26,435 nucleotides of DNA from a virus (taxonomy: Duplodnaviria > Caudoviricetes): the IMG/VR virus record IMGVR_UViG_3300012167_000093, positions 1 through 26,435 of that record; one strand, given 5' to 3'. Below, one piece after another: positions 24,166 through 26,435 of the stretch (positions are counted from its first letter, which is position 1; every line of letters begins with the position of its first letter). A program made the position numbers and the translations under genes. The notes beneath the pieces were generated by a model. The model ran no database searches and was not told the DNA's origin. It saw only the letters and a list, made by a program, of their open reading frames with translations.

Positions 24166-25507
24166 AGCCAGTGCTAATTATTCACTTCTGAGTATTTATA
24201 ATATTGGTAGAGAAGCTGCAATTCCGCCTATGGTGTTTCCAAATATTAGCACAGATCCAAGTCAGAATTTTAGTTTCTGTGTTTGGTTCAGAGCAAATTC
24301 TAAGATTCCGGCACCACTAGTTACGTACAATGGTGTAGCCGGATCATTTATGAGAATTAGTAGTGATGGATTCAAATGGAATATGGATGGGCGTCATGTA
24401 GCTGTTGGACTTCCTATTTTACCTCTTGATAATATTGTAATGGGTCGTTGGACTCTAGTTTGTGTTTCCAAAAATGGACCTACAATTACGATATATCTTG
24501 GAGTAGAAGATTCATTGGATTTGAATCCGTGGGAACGAGTAGTTACTATAGATCAGGTAGTACAAACTAATTATTTGATAAATGAAGTATTTAGTCAAAT
24601 AACAATTGTACTCTCTGATAGTGTTGATGTATGCAATTTCAAGTTTTGGAAAAGCGTACTTACTGAAGATCAACTTCAAACACAAGCAAATACATGGGTT
24701 CCAACTGGATCGCCGGCACCGATGTGGGTAAGTACACTTAGGACAGTAGGAGATATATCCAATATTGCTAATCCTTCATCTACAGTAAACTGGACTGCTG
24801 AACATGGATTTAGTGCTATTACTTCGCCCCAAAATATTAAGACCGGGGGATCCTTAGGAGCATGGAACGACCCCGCATATTTAGCATTCACTCAACCATG
24901 TCCAACTTGGGTGTATCCTTTTAATTTTCCGAATCCTAGCGGAATTGGAGATGTTTTCATTAATCCAGGTATGACTCCATCGGTTTCTGCTGTTGTTCAT
25001 AAGGCACCGCAATTCTTTCAATTTGTGGATAGTGGTACGATTCCATCTCAAGATAGTTCAATTCAGAGTATCGTACACTATGCAGCTCCTTTGCATGATT
25101 CTACTTTAGGGCCGATACCATCTGATAGTTATGCATTGTATAAGGATGAGAATGGGGTAGAAGTATCACCGAATCTAACTGATCCTACTCAACGATTTGA
25201 ACAGGATTCAGGAATTATAGTACCGAGTGCGATGACACGGACTAATATGTTCAAATGGCAATTTGGTGGTCAGTTTAGATGGCAACCTACTGGTGCTCCG
25301 GTTCCTTCTGGAACTGGAAGATTAGTTCATCAATTTCTCTATATTACTTTCATTGGATTTCCAACTGGTCTCCTTGTATTGTCCGAAGCAGATTTGAGTG
25401 GACTTTTTATATTGAGTACGAAGTTGCCTCGGGCTGACATATATCATGGAACAACGACTCTGAAAATTCCAGATCCTACAGTTCGTACAGCATTGATAGG
25501 TGAATAA
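24155..25507 (+). CDS. tail-associated protein with N-terminal LamG-like domain
   Basis: NFSFCVWFR...GRWTLVCVS...NFKFWKSVLTEDQL; own GGAGG SD; AT-rich (14/60 GC at 24541-24600). Confidence 0.7.
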   Translation: MSLRASANYSLLSIYNIGREAAIPPMVFPNISTDPSQNFSFCVWFRANSKIPAPLVTYNGVAGSFMRISSDGFKWNMDGRHVAVGLPILPLDNIVMGRWTLVCVSKNGPTITIYLGVEDSLDLNPWERVVTIDQVVQTNYLINEVFSQITIVLSDSVDVCNFKFWKSVLTEDQLQTQANTWVPTGSPAPMWVSTLRTVGDISNIANPSSTVNWTAEHGFSAITSPQNIKTGGSLGAWNDPAYLAFTQPCPTWVYPFNFPNPSGIGDVFINPGMTPSVSAVVHKAPQFFQFVDSGTIPSQDSSIQSIVHYAAPLHDSTLGPIPSDSYALYKDENGVEVSPNLTDPTQRFEQDSGIIVPSAMTRTNMFKWQFGGQFRWQPTGAPVPSGTGRLVHQFLYITFIGFPTGLLVLSEADLSGLFILSTKLPRADIYHGTTTLKIPDPTVRTALIGE

Positions 25508-25819
25508 ATGCCTGTTGGAGCCGCAATCAGTGAGCAGAGTTCAGGTGAAGCTACTACCCATTTTGGTTCCATTCGCATTAGGGTGAATGGATCTGGTAAA
25601 TTGAGAATGGCTGCATATTCACTCGATGATTTGAATTCTAAGACACTCGTTCCACTTGAAATGGAGTTGCGGAATCGGTATTCTCCGACTCGTCTGGTCA
25701 ATTTTTCGGAACAGAGAGCTACGTTTGAACTGAAAACTATAGATTATGGTGATTATTTTAGAGTCAATCGAATCGTGATCTTTACGAAGGAACTGTATAA
25801 GTCGTATCCTGGTTCTTAA
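25508..25819 (+). CDS. small beta-sandwich protein resembling a nozzle C-terminal domain
   Basis: HFGSIRIRVNGSG...RATFELKT...FRVNRIVIF; in frame with the upstream gene (TAA-ATG), AGGTGA SD. Confidence 0.6.
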   Translation: MPVGAAISEQSSGEATTHFGSIRIRVNGSGKLRMAAYSLDDLNSKTLVPLEMELRNRYSPTRLVNFSEQRATFELKTIDYGDYFRVNRIVIFTKELYKSYPGS

Positions 25820-25821
25820 AC

Positions 25822-26435
25822 ATGGCGTTCAGGAAATCTACAAAACCGCCACAGTTTGCGGACTTAAAGGGTACTCTAGCACAGTCTAGAGACGTAGATA
25901 ATTCCCTGTATCAAGTAGTTCAGGAGATTATTGAGCGACTCGCGGGTGCGCAGGCTGCTGTATCTACGACAACTATCATTGATGGTGGTGGACCAGGTGG
26001 TGGAGGAGGCGGTACTGATGCAGCTACATATCTCACAGCAGATAATGAGATCACCACATTACCAAATTCAAGGAAACTAGTTCATAGATTTGGATTAAAA
26101 AGTACAGATTCGACGGGAACTAGGACGGTAGATTTAGATTTAGAGTATTTAGGCAATTTTACACCGGGTCCGTTATACAGTGATGGAGACGTTGTAGTTG
26201 CTGCAGATAATATCGCTTATCTGTGTGTTAAGCCAACGAGTGATCCTCCTGTAACATGGCCCGGTGTTGGTATAGCTACTGTAGAAGGTCCACCCGGACC
26301 TCCCGGTCCACAAGGTATTCAGGGTCCAGTGGGACCAGTAGGACCAGCAGGTCCAACAGGAGCTACAGGACCAGCGGGACCATCAGGTGGATCAATTAAT
26401 GATGCTACGTATTGGACTGCATCTCCCCATGCAGA
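25822..26435 (+). CDS. collagen-repeat tail fibre protein (truncated at window end; not in ORF track)
   Basis: Manual translation MAFRKSTKPPQFADLKG...YLGNFTPGPLYSDGDVV...AYLC..., then 11 Gly-X-Y triplets (26287-26385); open to the window end. Confidence 0.85.
   Translation, partial: MAFRKSTKPPQFADLKGTLAQSRDVDNSLYQVVQEIIERLAGAQAAVSTTTIIDGGGPGGGGGGTDAATYLTADNEITTLPNSRKLVHRFGLKSTDSTGTRTVDLDLEYLGNFTPGPLYSDGDVVVAADNIAYLCVKPTSDPPVTWPGVGIATVEGPPGPPGPQGIQGPVGPVGPAGPTGATGPAGPSGGSINDATYWTASPHA

Overview
The whole window is a fragment of a tailed dsDNA bacteriophage genome, most likely podovirus-like (portal, scaffold, capsid, adaptor and nozzle genes, with no tape-measure or tail-tube gene seen). It has three parts. 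(1) 1-5052: leftward early/replication genes, ending in a gene missing from the ORF track (1-1629, truncated by the window edge) that fuses a SprT-like HExxH metalloprotease, Cys/His clusters and an SNF2-type helicase. (2) About 2800-5660: a control region with several near-consensus sigma70 promoters, nine copies of the palindrome TACATGTA, an AT-rich repeat tract, a perfect 19-bp inverted repeat and a highly structured 5' leader. (3) 5680-26435: a rightward late operon. It runs from a putative small terminase through a ~5 kb accessory block (Acb2/Tad1-hairpin-like protein, PDNSLP-repeat protein, IPT/TIG protein, double-LamG protein, lipoprotein, Q/M/G-rich protein, GNAT-containing protein) to large terminase, a small membrane protein, an ejection-like protein, an endonuclease VII-type nuclease, portal, scaffold, major capsid, two paralogous decoration-like proteins, adaptor, an apparently three-way split nozzle gene and a collagen-repeat fibre. 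All family calls come from motif recognition by eye; no database search was run.
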